In this document: one piece after another, positions 63,911 to 64,000 of the stretch
Layout of the letters: every line of letters begins with the position of its first letter
Numbering within the stretch: position 1 is the first letter of the stretch
Notes under the pieces: model-generated
What the model was told of the DNA's origin: nothing
The model's input: the letters and a program-made list of their open reading frames with translations, nothing else
Databases searched by the model: none
Assembly: GCA_964512105.1 (NCBI GenBank)
Contig: CAZEGI010000001.1
Coordinates: 40,534 to 104,533, forward strand
DNA from: an uncultured archaeon
Lineage (GTDB): Archaea > Altiarchaeota > Altiarchaeia > IMC4 > CAZEGI01
Reading direction: 5' to 3'
Length of the DNA: 64,000 nt
Position numbers and translations under genes: made by a program

Positions 63911-64000
63911 TGGATGAAGAAATAAAACTGGAAATACTCGAATATTGGCTCAAGAACCCGGACGAGGTCGGTAAAATCCCGAAGGAGTTGGAGAGCAGTG
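63911..64000 (+). CDS. Start of an unidentified gene (runs off the window)
   Basis: MDEEIKLEILEYWLKNPDEVGKIPKELESS... Only 30 codons are visible. Confidence 0.3.

Noticed and set aside
1-64000. rRNA, tRNA, CRISPR arrays, and IS or transposase genes
   Set aside because: I scanned for tRNA T-arm/acceptor patterns, rRNA-like conserved blocks, regularly spaced direct repeats and transposase/integrase motifs, and found no convincing instance. The only repeat families are the 95-bp palindromic pair, the TGACTTACT arrays and the 15-bp direct repeats.

Overview
The window reads as an archaeal chromosomal segment of roughly 42% GC. It has TiaS, Taw3, GatD, family-B DNA polymerase, RtcB, class-III-signal pilins, an H4MPT-type Mch and an anaerobic class III ribonucleotide reductase. 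Genes are densely packed, with many 4-11 nt start/stop overlaps. I found no rRNA, tRNA or CRISPR. The most striking region is a roughly 14 kb co-directional surface-appendage supercluster (3.2-17.5 kb). It contains a MoxR AAA+ ATPase translationally coupled to a membrane-anchored PQQ/FG-GAP beta-propeller protein, then three secreted repeat/adhesin-like proteins including one with a pilin-like N-terminus. Next come a Tad/archaellum-type VirB11-family secretion ATPase, a split TadB/TadC-like T2SSF membrane pair and three tandem pilin paralogs. An 850-aa protein upstream is built from an unusual 20-aa Tyr/Ala repeat that recurs in the C-terminus of the propeller protein. Further curiosities are listed here:
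- A 95-bp palindromic element occurs as an inverted pair flanking a 10.5-kb housekeeping block.
- An AAA+/wHTH ATPase gene is bracketed by arrays of the 9-mer TGACTTACT/AGTAAGTCA, either an operator or an origin-like region.
- pheT is truncated.
- A CorA-like channel carries GIP in place of GMN.
- A Lon-like ATPase has no protease domain but a Zn-ribbon insert, and sits in a compositionally odd, G-run-rich stretch.
- A direct-repeat/hairpin region lies next to a 56-aa basic protein.
- An unlisted 51-aa four-CxxC zinc-ribbon protein overlaps a YrdC-family gene.
The rest is housekeeping: hisS, polB, argC/argD, hisA, purM, ilvE, pyrH, nadB/nadC, dys, nrdD, grx and similar.
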